Shown here: positions 47,104 through 57,326 of the stretch, one piece after another
Layout of the letters: each line of letters begins with the position of its first letter
How positions within the stretch are numbered: the first letter of the stretch is position 1
Source: Nitrosopumilus sp.
GTDB lineage: Archaea; Thermoproteota; Nitrososphaeria; Nitrososphaerales; Nitrosopumilaceae
Assembly: GCA_965219345.1 (NCBI GenBank)
Contig: OZ244732.1
Span: 672,001 to 736,000, forward strand
Reading direction: 5' to 3'
Length of the DNA: 64,000 nucleotides
The notes under the pieces: model-generated
The model's database searches: none
Seen by the model: the letters and a program-made list of their open reading frames with translations, nothing else
Told to the model about the DNA's origin: nothing
Program-made: the position numbers and the translations under genes

Positions 47104-47804
47104 TTGATCTTCTTGATCCAACAAATGTAATTACTAGAATGTTTAATTCTGGAAAATATGATGAAATGTACAATTATTGTAAAAATTTGCTTGAAAAAAT
47201 TCCTAATGACATGGTTGCTCTCCAAAATATTTCATTGTCCCTGATTTACTTGAAAAAATATGAAGAAGCTATTATTTATTGTGACAAAGTTCTAGAAATA
47301 AAAAATTCAGATACTTATGCACTAAAAAATAAGATCTATGCTCTTGAAAATTTGAAACAATATGAACAAGTTTTGAAATTGTGCAAACAAATTCTTTCTA
47401 TAAATTCTAGAGATATCTGGGCTCTAAACAGTATGGGACTATCCCTAAATGAACTTGATCGACATCAAGAGGCACTTGAATATTATGATAAATCTCTTGA
47501 AATAGATATAGATGATGTTACTGCTTTGATGAATAAAGCTATTTCTCTTAGTCATTTGGGTAACTACAAAGATGCAATAGACTATTATGATAAAGCTCAA
47601 ACTATTGATTCAAGTCTAAAAGAAGCACCAATTGTCAAATCACGATTATTTGAAAAATTAGGTATGGAAGATGACGCATTTTTAGCAGCACAAGGCGTAC
47701 TTAACAAAGAAATGGAAAAAATCAAGATGGATGCCAAAAAAAACAAATGTTCTGTTTTTCATCAATTTTGTGAAGATGAATTTGAAAAGTCTGATTCTAA
47801 ATAA
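47100..47804 (+). CDS. TPR-repeat protein
   Basis: Repeated 34-aa YxEAxxYYDKxLEI units. Confidence 0.9.
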   Translation: MIDLLDPTNVITRMFNSGKYDEMYNYCKNLLEKIPNDMVALQNISLSLIYLKKYEEAIIYCDKVLEIKNSDTYALKNKIYALENLKQYEQVLKLCKQILSINSRDIWALNSMGLSLNELDRHQEALEYYDKSLEIDIDDVTALMNKAISLSHLGNYKDAIDYYDKAQTIDSSLKEAPIVKSRLFEKLGMEDDAFLAAQGVLNKEMEKIKMDAKKNKCSVFHQFCEDEFEKSDSK

Positions 47805-47834
47805 TTTTATACAGAGAATTCTTAGTGGTTTTTG

Positions 47835-48419
47835 ATGTTTACAGGAATAGTAGAAGGAATTGGTAAAGTAGAAAAGATTTCCAAAAATACAAAAAATAGA
47901 AGTGCTATTCAAATGACTGTAAATTTAGGGAAACATGCTAAGGGACTAAAAATTGGGCAAAGCATTGCTCTTAATGGAGTTTGTCTTACTGTAACAAAGC
48001 TATCAAAATCTAGTTGCATTTTTGAAATGATTGAAGAAACCACAAAAAAAACTGACCTTGGAAATCTAAAGGTTGGTGGGATTGTAAACATTGAACGAAG
48101 TTTAAAAGCAGGTGATAGATTAGAAGGACACTTTGTTTTAGGTCACGTTGATGGAGTGGGAATAATTAAAAAAATTCTAAAAAAACCTAAAGAAATTCAA
48201 GTTTGGTTTGAAGTTCCAAAAAAACTATCAAAATATGTAGTGAAAAAAGGTTCCATTGCTATAGATGGAATTAGTTTTACTGTTGTTGATATCAAAAATA
48301 CTCTTGCATCAGTGTCAGTAATTCCTCACACCATTGAAGTCACAAATCTTGGCACCAAAAAAGTGGGCGATAAAGTTAATATTGAAACTGATATTCTTGG
48401 TAAATACATTCTAAAATAA
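47835..48419 (+). CDS. ribE: Riboflavin synthase (bacterial-type, alpha chain)
   Basis: N-terminal MFTG, NGVCLTV, GHFVLGHVD, VNIETD. Confidence 0.95.
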   Translation: MFTGIVEGIGKVEKISKNTKNRSAIQMTVNLGKHAKGLKIGQSIALNGVCLTVTKLSKSSCIFEMIEETTKKTDLGNLKVGGIVNIERSLKAGDRLEGHFVLGHVDGVGIIKKILKKPKEIQVWFEVPKKLSKYVVKKGSIAIDGISFTVVDIKNTLASVSVIPHTIEVTNLGTKKVGDKVNIETDILGKYILK

Positions 48420-48447
48420 AGCCAATTATCTACAATTTTAGTGGTAA

Positions 48448-48465
48448 TTACTACTTTTTTAGTAA
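48448..48465. promoter_or_regulatory. 18-bp palindrome upstream of the ribB TATA box (RbkR-type operator candidate)
   Basis: TTACTA-CTTTTT-TAGTAA immediately before CTTTATAA (48467-48474). Confidence 0.5.
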
Positions 48466-48497
48466 ACTTTATAATTACTTTGTAACAATTTTTGTAC

Positions 48498-49163
48498 ATG
48501 TCACTTGAATCTGGATTAGAATCTCTAAAACGTGGAGAATTTATTTTGTTGTTTGATTCTGCTGGACGAGAAAATGAAATTGATATGGTTGTAGCTGCAG
48601 AGTTTGTTACACCAGAACATGTTGCAAGAATGCGTCAACATGCTGGTGGATTATTATGTATTGCAATAGATCATAATTTTGCAACATCACTTGAATTAAG
48701 ATACATGCATGAAATTCTTGCTGATTCTCCAATTTCAAATAAGGAGATGATTATGGGTTTGGCCCCTTATGGTGATTATCCAACTTTTTCATTGTCTGTA
48801 AATCATTATCAAACTTATACTGGAATTACTGACAAAGATAGAGCATTGACAATTAACGAAATGGCAAATATCTATGATGTTGAAAATAAACAGAAAAAAT
48901 TTGCTTCATCTTTCAAAACTCCAGGTCATGTTCCTTTATTGATAGCATCAAAAGGAATGTTAGCTGCACGTCAAGGGCATACTGAAATGTCTGTTTACTT
49001 AGCTCAAATTGCAGGATTAACTCCAATTACTGCAATTTGTGAAATGATGGATGCCGAAACATATGCTGCATTATCTGTAGATAAGGCAGAAAAATTTGCA
49101 AAACAAAATGGAATCCCCTTAATTGATGGAAAAGAACTTTTAGAATACGCTAAGGTGTATTAG
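48498..49163 (+). CDS. ribB: 3,4-dihydroxy-2-butanone 4-phosphate synthase
   Basis: RENEID, TGITDKDRA, FKTPGHV, RQGHTE, ICEMM. Confidence 0.95.
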   Translation: MSLESGLESLKRGEFILLFDSAGRENEIDMVVAAEFVTPEHVARMRQHAGGLLCIAIDHNFATSLELRYMHEILADSPISNKEMIMGLAPYGDYPTFSLSVNHYQTYTGITDKDRALTINEMANIYDVENKQKKFASSFKTPGHVPLLIASKGMLAARQGHTEMSVYLAQIAGLTPITAICEMMDAETYAALSVDKAEKFAKQNGIPLIDGKELLEYAKVY

Positions 49164-49165
49164 TT

Positions 49166-49582
49166 TTGAATATTGCAGTAGTGGTTTCGGAATTCAATAA
49201 AGAAGTGACATCTAGGATGCTTTCTGTAGCTCAAGAAAAAGCAAACTTGATGAAATTAAAAATTACGTATACATGTAATGTTCCTGGTGCATTTGACATG
49301 CCTATTATTGTAGATGCATTATTGAAGAAAAAAAATGTTGATGGTGTAGTAACATTAGGCGCGATAATTAAGGGTCAAACAAAACATGATGAGGTGATCT
49401 CTCATTCTACTGCAAAATCACTTACTGATTTATCCATAAAATATCAAAAACCTGTTTCTTTTGGAATATCTGGTCCTGGAATGCAAGAAAGACATGCTTA
49501 TGCTCGAATACGACCTGTTGCTGAACATGCGGTTGAAGCTGTTGTAAAAATCTCTAAAGAACTACAGAGGATCCAAAAATGA
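49166..49582 (+). CDS. ribH: Lumazine synthase
   Basis: VVSEFN, VPGAFDMP, LGAIIKGQTKH. Confidence 0.95.
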   Translation: MNIAVVVSEFNKEVTSRMLSVAQEKANLMKLKITYTCNVPGAFDMPIIVDALLKKKNVDGVVTLGAIIKGQTKHDEVISHSTAKSLTDLSIKYQKPVSFGISGPGMQERHAYARIRPVAEHAVEAVVKISKELQRIQK

Positions 49583-50331
49583 TTCAACTTAGTATCTTGA
49601 AAATTAGCGGATATGGTCCTTGGACATTGACATTAGGAAGTGACAGAGAACATGAACTCCAAATGCTTCAAGCATCACTTTACAAAGAAGTACAGAAACT
49701 GTTTTCTAAAAAAAATTGCCTTGTTTTTCTTAATCGAGCAGATGAATTTTTTGTAGTTTCAAATGGACTTGAATTAGATGATCATATTCAAATTCAAAAA
49801 GTACTCAAAAAATTATTTGATATACGTTTAACTGTTTCAATTGGTTACGGTAAATCTCCATTTGAAGCCAACTTGAATGCATACGAAGGAAAGAAAAATG
49901 AAACCATATTAAACAAAGAACATAATATTTTTGGTTTTGTTAATGGTAAATCTGACTCAAAAGTTTCAATTATGCATTTAGATGTAGACGATCTTACTTC
50001 AAAAGGAACAACTAATTCCCCTTATGAGATTTCATCAATAATTTTTGAATTATATTCAAAAATGTCAAAATATTTTCTGGAAAAAAATTCTCTCACCTTT
50101 TTTATGGGTGGTGACAACTTTATGGTAATTGCAAGTGATGATGCAAAAAATTCTGTCCAGAACTTCATTGACATAATTAAAAGTGATGACAAAATTTCTT
50201 TGAATTGTGGAATAGGTAATGGACATACTGCTAGAGAAGCAGTAAAACTAGCCACAAAATCTCTTGATACTATACGAGAAATTCGAGATTCAGGTAAAGA
50301 AAAACCTGAAATTTATGAATTGTCATGTTAA
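49579..50331 (+). CDS. gch3: GTP cyclohydrolase III
   Basis: YGPWTLTLGSDREHELQMLQ, GGDNFM. Confidence 0.93.
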   Translation: MIQLSILKISGYGPWTLTLGSDREHELQMLQASLYKEVQKLFSKKNCLVFLNRADEFFVVSNGLELDDHIQIQKVLKKLFDIRLTVSIGYGKSPFEANLNAYEGKKNETILNKEHNIFGFVNGKSDSKVSIMHLDVDDLTSKGTTNSPYEISSIIFELYSKMSKYFLEKNSLTFFMGGDNFMVIASDDAKNSVQNFIDIIKSDDKISLNCGIGNGHTAREAVKLATKSLDTIREIRDSGKEKPEIYELSC

Positions 50332-51515
50332 TCAAAAATCTAAGTATTTTATCAGGCCAAGAATTGGATTTTGTTTCAAATACTAATATTAAAATTCAGA
50401 ATAAAATATTTAAAAAAATTCAACCAAAAATTAGACCAAGTGTTAAAGAAGAATCTATAGATTGTGAAGGTCTTCTATTGATTCCTGGATTCATCAATGC
50501 TCATACACACATAGGTGATTCCATTGGAAAAGATATTACACTAAACAGTTCTGTTGATAAACGAATTCATCCTGTATTTGGGGCTAAATCCAAAATTCTA
50601 AAAAACACTTCACAAGAAAATTTAGCTAATTTCATGAAAAATACATGTCATACAATGATTCGAAAAGGGATCACCACATTTGTTGATTTTAGAGAAGGTG
50701 GATTAGATGGTGTTGCTTTACTCAAAAAAGTATTATCTGATGTTCCTTTACGTTCAATCATTCTAGGTAGAGTGGAATTTTATCAAGGATCCGCCGAAAT
50801 CAGAAAAAACTTGCCTTTCCCTAGAGAAAAAATTGAAGATCTTGCTGGACTCCTCAAAAAATGTGATGGAATTGGTATAAGTGGTGCAAATGAAAATAGC
50901 ACATCAGTACTAAATTACTATTCAAAAATAACAAAACTCAGAGCCATGCATTCTTCTGAAACAAAACTAAGTGTTTCTACATCAAAGAAAATTACCGGAA
51001 AATCTGAAACAGTTCGGGCTTTATCTCTAAAACCTCATTTTTTGGTTCACATGACTTATGCTTCAAAAGGTGATCTCAGTGCTGTGGCAAAGAGAACTAG
51101 AGGAATTGTAATCTGCCCAAGGGCCAATTCGTCTCTAGCTGAGGGAATTCCAGACATAGAATTGATGCAAAAGGCAGGATGTACATTAGCTTTAGGTACG
51201 GATAATGTGATGATAAATTCTCCCGATATGTTTAGAGAAATGGATTTTCTTTGGAAGGCAACTATGGGAATTCACAAAAAAAGAATCAATCCAAAAGAAA
51301 TTCTTAAAATGGCTACAGTTAATGGGGGAAAAATTTTGAAAAAAGATATTGGAGTAATCGAAATTGGAAAAATTGCTGACTGTATTTTTCTTGATAAGCA
51401 TGCATTAGATTTAGAACCAATGCATAACCCATATGCATCAATTGTTCATCGAGCATCAGAATCTGCAATTAAAGCAGTAATGATTGGAGGTAAAATTGTA
51501 CATGGAAAAATCTAA
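50325..51515 (+). CDS. Metal-dependent amidohydrolase in the riboflavin operon
   Basis: PGFINAHTH, HSSE, LVH, CPRAN, LGTDN. Confidence 0.9.
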   Translation: MLIKNLSILSGQELDFVSNTNIKIQNKIFKKIQPKIRPSVKEESIDCEGLLLIPGFINAHTHIGDSIGKDITLNSSVDKRIHPVFGAKSKILKNTSQENLANFMKNTCHTMIRKGITTFVDFREGGLDGVALLKKVLSDVPLRSIILGRVEFYQGSAEIRKNLPFPREKIEDLAGLLKKCDGIGISGANENSTSVLNYYSKITKLRAMHSSETKLSVSTSKKITGKSETVRALSLKPHFLVHMTYASKGDLSAVAKRTRGIVICPRANSSLAEGIPDIELMQKAGCTLALGTDNVMINSPDMFREMDFLWKATMGIHKKRINPKEILKMATVNGGKILKKDIGVIEIGKIADCIFLDKHALDLEPMHNPYASIVHRASESAIKAVMIGGKIVHGKI

Positions 51516-52158
51516 ACCTTATGTAATTCTAAGTGCAGCAACATCAGTTGATGGAAAGATTGCTACTAGAACTGGTGATTCAAATCTATCTTCAAAACAA
51601 GATAGAGTAAGACTTCATAAGCTAAGATCTAAAGTAGATGCAATTCTTGTTGGAAAAAATACAGTTTTACTAGATAATCCTTTGCTAACTGTACGATATA
51701 CCAAAGGAAAAAATCCAATTAGAATAATTTTAGATTCTAAAGGTACTATATCTAGAAAATCAAAAATCCTAAAAACAAGTAACGAAATTCCAACAATCAT
51801 AGCTGTATCAAAAAAAATTAGTAAATCAAATTTTGATAAACTACGCAAATTTCCTGTGGAAGTAATTATTGCTGGCAAAAATTCTGTGGATATTAAATTA
51901 TTATTGAAAAAACTTTCCAATAAAAAAATAAATACAATACTTGTTGAAGGTGGTGGAACTGTTAATTGGGAATTTATTAAACATAATATTTTTGACGAAT
52001 TGATTATTACTCTATCTCCATTTTTAATTGGAGGGAACGATGCAATTTCTTTTGTTCAGGGACTAGGTTTTAAAAAAATTTCAAACTCTCCTAATCTTCG
52101 TCTTAAGTCAATCGAGAGGCTCAAAAATCACCTTGTTTTGAATTATGTTAAGGTGTAA
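51502..52158 (+). CDS. 2,5-diamino-6-ribosylamino-4(3H)-pyrimidinone 5'-phosphate reductase (RibD-C/ArfC)
   Basis: SVDGKIA, DAILVG..TV..DNP.L, LVEGGG. Confidence 0.93.
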   Translation: MEKSKPYVILSAATSVDGKIATRTGDSNLSSKQDRVRLHKLRSKVDAILVGKNTVLLDNPLLTVRYTKGKNPIRIILDSKGTISRKSKILKTSNEIPTIIAVSKKISKSNFDKLRKFPVEVIIAGKNSVDIKLLLKKLSNKKINTILVEGGGTVNWEFIKHNIFDELIITLSPFLIGGNDAISFVQGLGFKKISNSPNLRLKSIERLKNHLVLNYVKV

Positions 52159-52193
52159 GTTATATACCTAATTTAAAATAAAATTACAAGAAA

Positions 52194-52412
52194 TTGGCAG
52201 TAAAAAAGAAAGCTACAGCAAAAAGAAAAACTACAAAAAAGAAGGCTTCTAAATCAAAAACAAAAAAATTACCATTTGGTGGATATGCAATCAATTTTGC
52301 AGGTCGTAAAGAAACTGTAGAACAGGTATTTGGAAATAAACCAATTGCGCCAAGTGAAATGACCAAAAAGATTTGGAAATTTGTAAAATCAAATAGCCTC
52401 TCTAATCGTTAA
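52194..52412 (+). CDS. Small basic protein: Lys-rich tail + truncated SWIB-like domain
   Basis: AVKKKATAKRKTTKKKASKSKTKK; 'VFGNKPIAPSEMTKKIWKFVKSNSL' matches the SWIB core; TATA at about 52161. Confidence 0.75.
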   Translation: MAVKKKATAKRKTTKKKASKSKTKKLPFGGYAINFAGRKETVEQVFGNKPIAPSEMTKKIWKFVKSNSLSNR

Positions 52413-52420
52413 ACCTACTG

Positions 52421-52440
52421 GTTAACGAAAAACCGTTAAC
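52421..52440. terminator. Hairpin between convergent genes
   Basis: GTTAACG-AAAAAC-CGTTAAC followed by T-rich sequence. Confidence 0.5.
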
Positions 52441-52501
52441 TAATTTCATCTTTTAATTATTTTTCTTAAAATGAATTAGACAATTCTTACTTGTAAAAAT
52501 T

Positions 52502-53893
52502 CTATTCTACGTAGTGATGATGTGTAAGATTATCATAAAATCTGACTGATTTAATGTTTAAAAATTCTAACATTCCATATCTTGATAATTCTCTTCCAAA
52601 TCCACTGTGCTTTATACCTCCAAATGGAATTCTTGGATCCGAAATTACTACATTGTTGACACTGACAATTCCTGATTCAATTCGTCTCGACATTTTGTCT
52701 GCTTTTGCAAGATCTTTTGTCCAAATACTTGCACCCAAACCAAATTCAATGTCATTAGCTAATTTTATTGCCTCGCTTTCATTCTCTACGATTGTAATTG
52801 GTGCTACTGGACCAAATGTTTCTTCTCGTGCAATTCTCATATCTGGTTTAACATTTGTAAGAATTGTTGGTTTGTAGAAGAATCCTTTACCTTCAATCTC
52901 AGAGCCTCCCAAAAGAATTTCAGCATCTTTTTCTTTTGCATCTTCTACAATTCCTGAAATTGTTTCTAGTCCTTCTTTGCTTGAAATTGGTCCGATATCT
53001 GTTTCCACAGATGTAGGATCTCCAATTTTGAGTTGAGAAGCTTTTTTGATAAATAATTCAATGAATTCTTTTGCAATATTTTTTCCAACAAAGAATCTTT
53101 TTGAGGCTACACAACTTTGACCACAATTGATGAATCTACCCTTCACTGCTCCTTCTGCAGCTTTTTCAATAATTGCGTCATCTAAAACTATGAAAGGATC
53201 ACTTCCACCTAATTCTAAAACACATTTTTTCAAATGCATTGCAGCTCTTTCACCTACTTTTGCTCCTGCATTTGTACTTCCAGTAAAGGTAACAGCATTG
53301 ACATCAGAGTCAATTAGGTGGTTTGCAGCATCTACGCTTCCTACCACTGTCTGAAAAATTCCATCTGGTACGCCTGATTCAGTAAATGCTTTTTCAATTT
53401 CAATTCCTGATTGTAGTGTTATTCTGGATGGTTTCATTACAATCACATTTCCTCCCATTAAACATGGAGCTGCAAATCTTAATGCTTGCCAATAAGGAAA
53501 ATTCCAAGGCATGATTGAACCGATTACCCCCAATGGTTCAAAAGTCAGAAAACTCTTTCTTGCATCTGTATTTAGTACTTCATCCGAAAGAAAACTGTCA
53601 CCATGATCAGCGTAAAATTCTAATGCCCAAGCACATTTTTCAACTTCTCCAATTGATTCTTTGAGTGGTTTGCCCATTTCAGCAGTTGCAACTTTTGCAA
53701 GTTTTATTTTATTTTTCTTTAGGTATTCTACTAAATTGTAAATGTAACTTCTACGTTTTTCATAATCTTTCTTCCATTCTGGAAATGCTCTTTTTGCTTT
53801 TCCTACTAAATCAAGCACTTGATTTTTATCCATTGAAGAAAATGTTGTAATTTCTTCTTCAGTAGCTGGATTTACTGTAGTTATCTGAGTCAA
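52502..53893 (-). CDS. NAD(P)-dependent aldehyde dehydrogenase (SSADH-like)
   Basis: MPWNFP, FTGS, LELGGSDP, GQSC, EETFGP. Confidence 0.95.
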   Translation of the reverse strand: MTQITTVNPATEEEITTFSSMDKNQVLDLVGKAKRAFPEWKKDYEKRRSYIYNLVEYLKKNKIKLAKVATAEMGKPLKESIGEVEKCAWALEFYADHGDSFLSDEVLNTDARKSFLTFEPLGVIGSIMPWNFPYWQALRFAAPCLMGGNVIVMKPSRITLQSGIEIEKAFTESGVPDGIFQTVVGSVDAANHLIDSDVNAVTFTGSTNAGAKVGERAAMHLKKCVLELGGSDPFIVLDDAIIEKAAEGAVKGRFINCGQSCVASKRFFVGKNIAKEFIELFIKKASQLKIGDPTSVETDIGPISSKEGLETISGIVEDAKEKDAEILLGGSEIEGKGFFYKPTILTNVKPDMRIAREETFGPVAPITIVENESEAIKLANDIEFGLGASIWTKDLAKADKMSRRIESGIVSVNNVVISDPRIPFGGIKHSGFGRELSRYGMLEFLNIKSVRFYDNLTHHHYVE

Positions 53894-53946
53894 GGATATT
53901 TTCCCTATTTCTCCTATATTTAATGTAGTCTTATTTCCAGATCTAA

Positions 53947-54468
53947 TTAGAAAATTTGTTGCATATCCTTTTTCATTTCATCAATTTTCTTTGAATACGC
54001 TTTTTTTGATTTATCATTCTTTTTTAGATTTAGAACATCTCCACATGTTGGGCACTTGAACATATCATCAAGTGCTGTTTCAAAGGTCACTCTTGGACAA
54101 TCTTCATTACCACAATGATAAAAATCAGAAGCATTTTCATAATCTAATCTTTGTTGTAACCTTTCCGTAATTTTCTTTTTTTGATTTTCTATAAAATGTT
54201 CAACTTCTTCTCTTCTAGTTCTCCATCTATAGACAAACCAACCTTTTCTTTCATCTTTCACTCTGATTCCAGTAATGAGAGACTTTCCAAATAGATCATA
54301 CAATACTTTCCTTACCATGTTGATTCTAAGACCTGTAGAACTTGCAATTTCTTCGTCTGTTGCATCTTCAGCTTTTAACAGAGATCTAGCTACTTTGAGA
54401 TATTCATCTCCTCCAATCATCGAAGCAATTCTAACAAAAGGATCTTCGTATTTGTCTATCAACTCCAA
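53947..54468 (-). CDS. tfe: Transcription factor E
   Basis: TDEEIA...VRKVLY...GWFVYRW; Zn ribbon YHC...FKCPTCG. Confidence 0.93.
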   Translation of the reverse strand: MELIDKYEDPFVRIASMIGGDEYLKVARSLLKAEDATDEEIASSTGLRINMVRKVLYDLFGKSLITGIRVKDERKGWFVYRWRTRREEVEHFIENQKKKITERLQQRLDYENASDFYHCGNEDCPRVTFETALDDMFKCPTCGDVLNLKKNDKSKKAYSKKIDEMKKDMQQIF

Positions 54469-54488
54469 TCACTCCAAATTTTCTACTA

Positions 54489-55022
54489 TTAATCCCTTGT
54501 TTCGTTTATTTCCACATTTTTGCCCTTTTTTGTGGGTATAATCTTCCTTAATGCATCTGGAAATACCTTCTCGAATTGTTCACCTTTTTGGATACGATCT
54601 AAAAGTATTGCCAGTGCACTGATCTCTGAGTGTGGTTGACTTCCAACTCCTACATTATAATCTGCTAATTCAAAAATTTCTCTTGGTACTTTTTCAGCAC
54701 CTACAACAACTAGCAGATTTTCTTCTTCACGAAGTTTTGCTTGTACATCATTAATGCTTTCTCCATACATTGTAAGATGTACAACTCTAAAGTTTTCCTC
54801 CTTTTTCTTTTTTACAATAGATTTCCATTTCTCAATAAATTCAACTACAAAGTTTCCTCCCCAAGTTTTATTGATCTTTTCTAGAGATTCTTTGATTTCA
54901 GGATTGATCTCAGTCATGAAAATTCTCTTTGCACCAAATGCCCTTGAAACTAGTGCGACGTGTGTTGTAACTCTGTCATCTCTTACAAGACGTTGTCCTA
55001 TTCTAACTACCTCAATTACCAA
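54489..55022 (-). CDS. trm56: tRNA (cytidine56-2'-O)-methyltransferase
   Basis: [29 protein letters not shown]; probable TTG start at 55022. Confidence 0.94.
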   Translation of the reverse strand: MVIEVVRIGQRLVRDDRVTTHVALVSRAFGAKRIFMTEINPEIKESLEKINKTWGGNFVVEFIEKWKSIVKKKKEENFRVVHLTMYGESINDVQAKLREEENLLVVVGAEKVPREIFELADYNVGVGSQPHSEISALAILLDRIQKGEQFEKVFPDALRKIIPTKKGKNVEINETRD

Positions 55023-56133
55023 ATGATTTTTCAACCCCCTCCAAAACATTTCCCTCAAATTTAGGTGAATTCTGACTTTTCATAATATCTCCAATTAATT
55101 CTTTAAGCTGGTTAACATTTTTTCCTGTTTTTGCAGAAAGTGAAATACATTTTTTATTTTCAGTTAAGTTAAGTATGTCGATTTTCTGCTCAATATCTTC
55201 ACTTTTTAACAAATCTGCTTTATTCAAAGCATAAACCATCCTATCTTTTTCAATTTCTAACTCACTTAATGTTCTCATACAACTGGCAAATTTCTTTTTT
55301 AATTCAACTAATGAATCAGCAATATCAATTACAACAATTATGATATCTGTATGCTTCAATTCTTCTAATGTTGATTTGAATGCATCTATCATGTATGCTG
55401 GTAATTTACTGATAAAACCCACCGTATCTGAGATTAAGAACGGTTCTTGATTAATTGTCACCCTTCGTATAGTTGTAGAAAGTGTTGTAAACAGTTCTTT
55501 GCTCTCAGCTTTTGTTTCTCCCGTCATTTTGTTAAATAATGTTGTTTTTCCTGAAGAAGTATAACCTGCCAGTGAGATTATCTTGAATCCCATTCTCTTT
55601 CTTCCTTGTCTATGAAGCTCTCTTTGTTTACCCGCCTTTTCTAGTTTAGATCTAACTGTCTGCATTCTATGTTTGATATCGTTATAGTAAACGTCTACCT
55701 CAAATTTTCCTATTCCCATAAATCCTGGTTGCTCTCCCATGTTTGAAAGACGGACTTTTTCTTTTGCTCTGGACATCTCATATCTTAATTGCGCTAATTT
55801 TACTTGTAATTTTGATTCTGCACTTGATGCCCTACTTTCAAAAATTTCAAGAATTAATGCTTCTCTATCTAAAACTTCTCTATGTAAAACAGATGCAAGG
55901 TTATAATTTTGGCTCGGTTTTAAAATTTCATCAAATACAATTACATCTGGTCTGAGTTTCTCTGATAACTCTTCTAGTTCTTCTAAAACTCCACCACTCA
56001 TTCCATATTTCCGTTTTTGTAGAAATTTTGCAGTAATTGTATGAACTACTTGATATCCTGCAGCATCGCACAATCCTTTTGCCTCATTAATTGAGTCTTC
56101 TTTATCATATGTGATTAAAATTGTTGACTTCAT
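55012..56133 (-). CDS. hflX: GTPase HflX
   Basis: [10 protein letters not shown]...[23 protein letters not shown]. Confidence 0.95.
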   Translation of the reverse strand: MKSTILITYDKEDSINEAKGLCDAAGYQVVHTITAKFLQKRKYGMSGGVLEELEELSEKLRPDVIVFDEILKPSQNYNLASVLHREVLDREALILEIFESRASSAESKLQVKLAQLRYEMSRAKEKVRLSNMGEQPGFMGIGKFEVDVYYNDIKHRMQTVRSKLEKAGKQRELHRQGRKRMGFKIISLAGYTSSGKTTLFNKMTGETKAESKELFTTLSTTIRRVTINQEPFLISDTVGFISKLPAYMIDAFKSTLEELKHTDIIIVVIDIADSLVELKKKFASCMRTLSELEIEKDRMVYALNKADLLKSEDIEQKIDILNLTENKKCISLSAKTGKNVNQLKELIGDIMKSQNSPKFEGNVLEGVEKSFGN

Positions 56134-56189
56134 TTTGATTCATTATTTTTAGTATAATTCAAGTTAAAGATTCTACCTGTTTTGATTGA

Positions 56190-57236
56190 TTATTCAGTTT
56201 TTTTTAATGTTTTTTCTATATTCATATTCAAGACAATTTCTGCTATGTCACTAGCATATTCAGAAACTCTCCTGATGCTTTCAGTCATTCTCCTAACTCT
56301 GTAAATTTCTTCTTCGTCTTTTAGTGATTTTGAAACATCTCTAACTTTTTTCTCATATTTGGCAATTTCATTTGTTTTTTTAATGGTTTTTTCTGCCTGC
56401 GTATAATCTTCTTTGAATAATGCTAGACATGAATCATCTAAAACCGATAGACAAAACTCATTCATATCTTGAAGTTTTTCTAAAATTTCTTTCTTGACTG
56501 ATTTTTTAAACTCAAGAAGATCTTTTGCAATAAATGCTGCATGATCTCCCGCTCTCTCTATATTTTTTACAACTAATCTATAACCAAGACAATTTCTAGC
56601 ATTTCTAAAACCCATCTCTTTTAACATGTGTTCGTTTTGAATTGCTATCTTTAACTGACGAATTATATAAAATCCAAATCTGTCTACTTCATCATCTGTA
56701 TTAATTACTTCTTGAGCTAGTTCTAAATTATTTTCCTTTACTGCTAAAATTGCATCACTAGACATTGATTTAGCTAAGTGAATCATTCTTTTGAATGCAC
56801 CATCAACCGATAATTCTAGTAAATTGACAAGAACTTGTACTGTAATTCCACTACTTGAATCAGAAATAATTTCAGAACCCATCAACATTCGCTTAACTGC
56901 TTCTTTTACAGTTTTTCTTTGATTGGGACTTAATCTACCATTTTTTGGTTTAACATTAATAGTTTTGAATCCCAAAAAATATAGAGAAATTAATTTTCTA
57001 ATAATTGAAGATGCTTCTTCTTCAATATCAATCTCTATTGTTGCATCTTCTTTTTTTTGGATACGGGATTCAAATTTTGGTGGATAAAGTTCTAATGTTG
57101 ATGATCCTTTTCTGACTATTCTAATTTGATCTCCTTGTTTTAGGTCTAAATCCATAATCCATTGTTTTGGTAATGAAACTATGTATGATGATTTTCCTGT
57201 AAATTGAATTTTTCTTGTTTCTCCTGTTTCTTCCAT
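56190..57236 (-). CDS. phoU: AbrB-PhoU archaeal phosphate-uptake regulator
   Basis: RKIQFTG.SSYIVSLPKQW; DDEVDR; IERAGDHA. Confidence 0.9.
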   Translation of the reverse strand: MEETGETRKIQFTGKSSYIVSLPKQWIMDLDLKQGDQIRIVRKGSSTLELYPPKFESRIQKKEDATIEIDIEEEASSIIRKLISLYFLGFKTINVKPKNGRLSPNQRKTVKEAVKRMLMGSEIISDSSSGITVQVLVNLLELSVDGAFKRMIHLAKSMSSDAILAVKENNLELAQEVINTDDEVDRFGFYIIRQLKIAIQNEHMLKEMGFRNARNCLGYRLVVKNIERAGDHAAFIAKDLLEFKKSVKKEILEKLQDMNEFCLSVLDDSCLALFKEDYTQAEKTIKKTNEIAKYEKKVRDVSKSLKDEEEIYRVRRMTESIRRVSEYASDIAEIVLNMNIEKTLKKTE

Positions 57237-57326
57237 AATCTAAAGAGAAAAGACTCTTCTATATAGTTTGAGATCTATGATATGGTTTTACATTGAACTA
57301 ATATTTCGAAAAATTTGCCTACGAGC

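Noticed and set aside
47805-48497. FMN riboswitch ahead of the riboflavin genes
   Set aside because: The intergenic gaps (about 30 and 78 bp) are too short and AT-rich, with no RFN consensus
52391-52406. 16-bp match AAATAGCCTCTCTAAT also at 62205-62220, as possible att sites
   Set aside because: Encloses only housekeeping genes, no integrase; such matches are expected by chance in 64 kb of AT-rich DNA
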